DNA from: Camelus ferus
Lineage: Eukaryota
DNA length: 64,000 nucleotides
Assembly (NCBI RefSeq): GCF_009834535.1
Contig: NC_045697.1
Location: forward strand, 4,466,001 to 4,530,000
Direction of reading: 5' to 3'
Position numbers and translations under genes: made by a program. The notes under the pieces were generated by a model that was given only the letters and a program-made list of their open reading frames with translations, searched no databases and was not told the origin of the DNA. Below are positions 1 through 64,000 of this stretch, piece after piece. Position 1 is the stretch's first letter. Every line of letters begins with the position of its first letter.

Positions 1-164
1 ACAGGCCCTGCTTGCTTGAAACTCACATCCTGGTGTAGGGGAAACAGACATGAAATAAGTAAATGTGCGTTTGTCTTATGGAAAGCAGTAAGAAGGCAGA
101 GCAAGGGGGAAGGGGGACCAGATCAGGCTTACAGCGCAGTGCAGCCTGGGGTTAGCTGAGCTCA

Positions 165-200
165 GGGCTGGGGGCTGGGGGCTGGGGGCTGGGGGCTGGG
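165..200 (+). repeat. (GGGGGCT)n tandem repeat, G-quadruplex capable
   Basis: About five copies of the 7-mer. Confidence 0.85.
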
Positions 201-1273
201 TTCAGTCCTGGCTCACCACCTCCTGCTGTGGGCCCTGACCCAGGTACTACTGTTTCCTCTTTTTGGCTGTGTGACCATCACCGGTGCTTAACCTCGGCGT
301 GCCTCAGTATGCTTGTCTCTAACACTGGGCACCAGCACCTGCCTCGTATGGTTGTGCTGGTTGACAAGAGGTGACAGAGCTGTGGCGTCCAGTACACAGT
401 GCTACTGGCCGTCACTCGGGCCTGATTTTAATGGCGTTGGCTTTGCCACTGTGCAGGGTGGGAGGGCAGCCCTACCACATGGAAGATCTGGGGTGCCTCA
501 GGGGAATGTGGGTGCTAGAGGGGTCGTTAGCTTATCAGGGCACCCCACTGGCCAGGTGACCAGCTTTGGCCTGGCCAGGCGGGCACAGAGGCCTGAAGGA
601 CTGCAGGATGCTGTGCTTGGCTGTCAACCCCTCCAGGGGCCTTCCCTCCTCCCCCAGGCTGGCCTGGGCGCCTCTGCTGGGCCCAAAGCTAGCAGCTCAG
701 GGTGAACCGTTCTGTACTAGTCCCCAGGGAGGGGAAAAGGGAGGAAACCCTGACCTTTATGGAGTCTAAAAGCCCAGTTTTCAGGGTGTGGTCCTTGGAC
801 CCTGCTCCAGACTCATCTAGGTGTGCAGATGGGACACCCAGATTCCCCAGCACCCCCACACCCACACGCTGAGCTTTGAGCTCTGTGCTCCCCCAGGGAC
901 CTTCCTTTTGAAACAAGCGCCCCAGTGACTGGGCTCTATGGTTGCTTAGGTGGTGTAGTCTCATCTTGATGAGGGCAGGACTGGACTGGACGGAGCCACT
1001 CAGTGAGGAGTGGTCACCTGGCAGCCTCTCCTGGGAGCTAGTGAGACGTGTAAATCCGATTCCGAGGTGTGGGCCCCTGGACTCCACCTTAGCAGGCTTC
1101 CAAGCGATTCTGATGCAGCCCCCGTTGGAGAAGCATTAGGTCATCCTTAGAGTGAGCGGTGCCTGGCTTGGGGAGGGGGCCGCAGCAGATGCTGACCGCC
1201 ATTGTGTTTGAGTGCCCCAAGCAGGGGGACACCAGCCCCTGTCTCTGCTGACCTGGCTTCCTTCCTCCCCCAG

Positions 1274-62985
<61,712 letters not shown>

Positions 62986-64000
62986 TGACTTCCGTGAGCC
63001 GAGCACTCGGGTGGGTATCCTTTCACCTTCACTGGTCAAAATGATGATTTTTCTAAAAAATGAGATTTCCTCCCAGCTCTGACTGGAACGTTCCTTGAGA
63101 GATGGGGCACCGGGGAAGGTGGCCTTGTGGGGGACCGCTCAGCTTCAGGCTCCCTGGGCATCACTGGGGGTCCCCGGCGAGGTCCACCCCGGGAGAAAGA
63201 TCAGGGAGCTGCCTGTGACTAAGAATGGACAGTAGGGACCTTGTGTCCCCTGTTGTGTTTGATCTTGAGAGGGGGGTTATTTTTTTCCCCAAAGGTTCTT
63301 TGTATTTTGGCTGTATTGGCTGTGGGCCAGTAAATTCGCCATAGGGTCCAGACCGGAGTGGGCCTGTGGGGTCAGGGGTCTGCAGGAGCTGCGGGCTGGC
63401 GGGCAAGTCCATGAGCTGCATACAAAATGCCCCAGAAGCTTGTACAAAGGGCCCAAGCGCCCTGCCTTGCCCCTCCCCCCGCCCTTGGCCCCATGTCTGG
63501 CTTTGATGCCGGCTGGTCCCTGCTCTGGTCATTGGGCCCTGCGTGTCTCATCCTGAGTTCCTGCTCTGGCACCCAGCCCCTCCCCAGTTCTCCCAGTTCT
63601 GAGTGCCCATCATGGCCTGAGGTGTTGAGATCAGCCCCTGAATTCAGCCCAAGTGAGGGCCCTGTGTGCTCTGGGGGTGACCGCAGCCCACTGGCCACCC
63701 AGACCCCCAGGCTGAGCTCCCATGCTTGACTGATATCCTTGTGGACAGTCCTGAGCCTGACCCCTGCACACGGGGGCTTTTCTTGGATCCTCGGTGCCCC
63801 AGGTCCTAGGACAGCACTTGGCACATGGTCGACATTCATTCGGTGCTAGTGCAGCAAATAAAGGAATGACCACAGGGCTCATCAGACTGGAGGTTGCAGG
63901 GTGGGTGCCGGAGGATGGGTGATCTGAACCTGTTTCCTCTTTCCCTGGATTGTCCGGGGAGGTCACTCTGTGGGCTCAGCTGGAGAGGTCAGGACAGTGA

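Noticed and set aside
63857..63862. AATAAA as the long-isoform polyA signal
   Set aside because: Sits in repeat-like sequence with no clear downstream element; a donor at 63010 suggests the 3'UTR may continue elsewhere.

Overview
Mammalian genomic DNA, probably camelid (inferred from three tRNA-derived Vic-1-like SINEs). The window carries the whole coding region of JAKMIP1 (MARLIN-1) on the + strand: 20 coding exons from 1412 to 62985, all introns GT-AG and phase 0. Corrected for two single-base insertions, it encodes an 831-aa long isoform with a C-terminal hydrophobic anchor and a 626-aa short isoform made by intron read-through and polyadenylation. The two insertions (~19806, ~35363) break the frame as written and look like collapsed heterozygous SNPs, i.e. 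assembly errors. The main finding is an internal first exon in the 12-kb intron (ATG 29803, Kozak CCACCATGG, donor AAG|GTAAGC at 29908) that the ORF track misses. Spliced to the next JAKMIP1 exon, it reads that exon in an alternative frame and gives a 45-aa Cys-rich single-pass membrane microprotein, MEYILFVLYFSFFLCLCTLVCLYFSGCQEMTYKHEEACCGDIFWI. A second ATG in the same exon (29903) is in the JAKMIP1 frame and would give a C-terminal-half JAKMIP1. Also seen: a 30-codon uORF, several splice-site oddities, and LTR, LINE, SINE, DNA-transposon and tandem repeats. Gene and repeat identities are recognised from memory, not from database searches.
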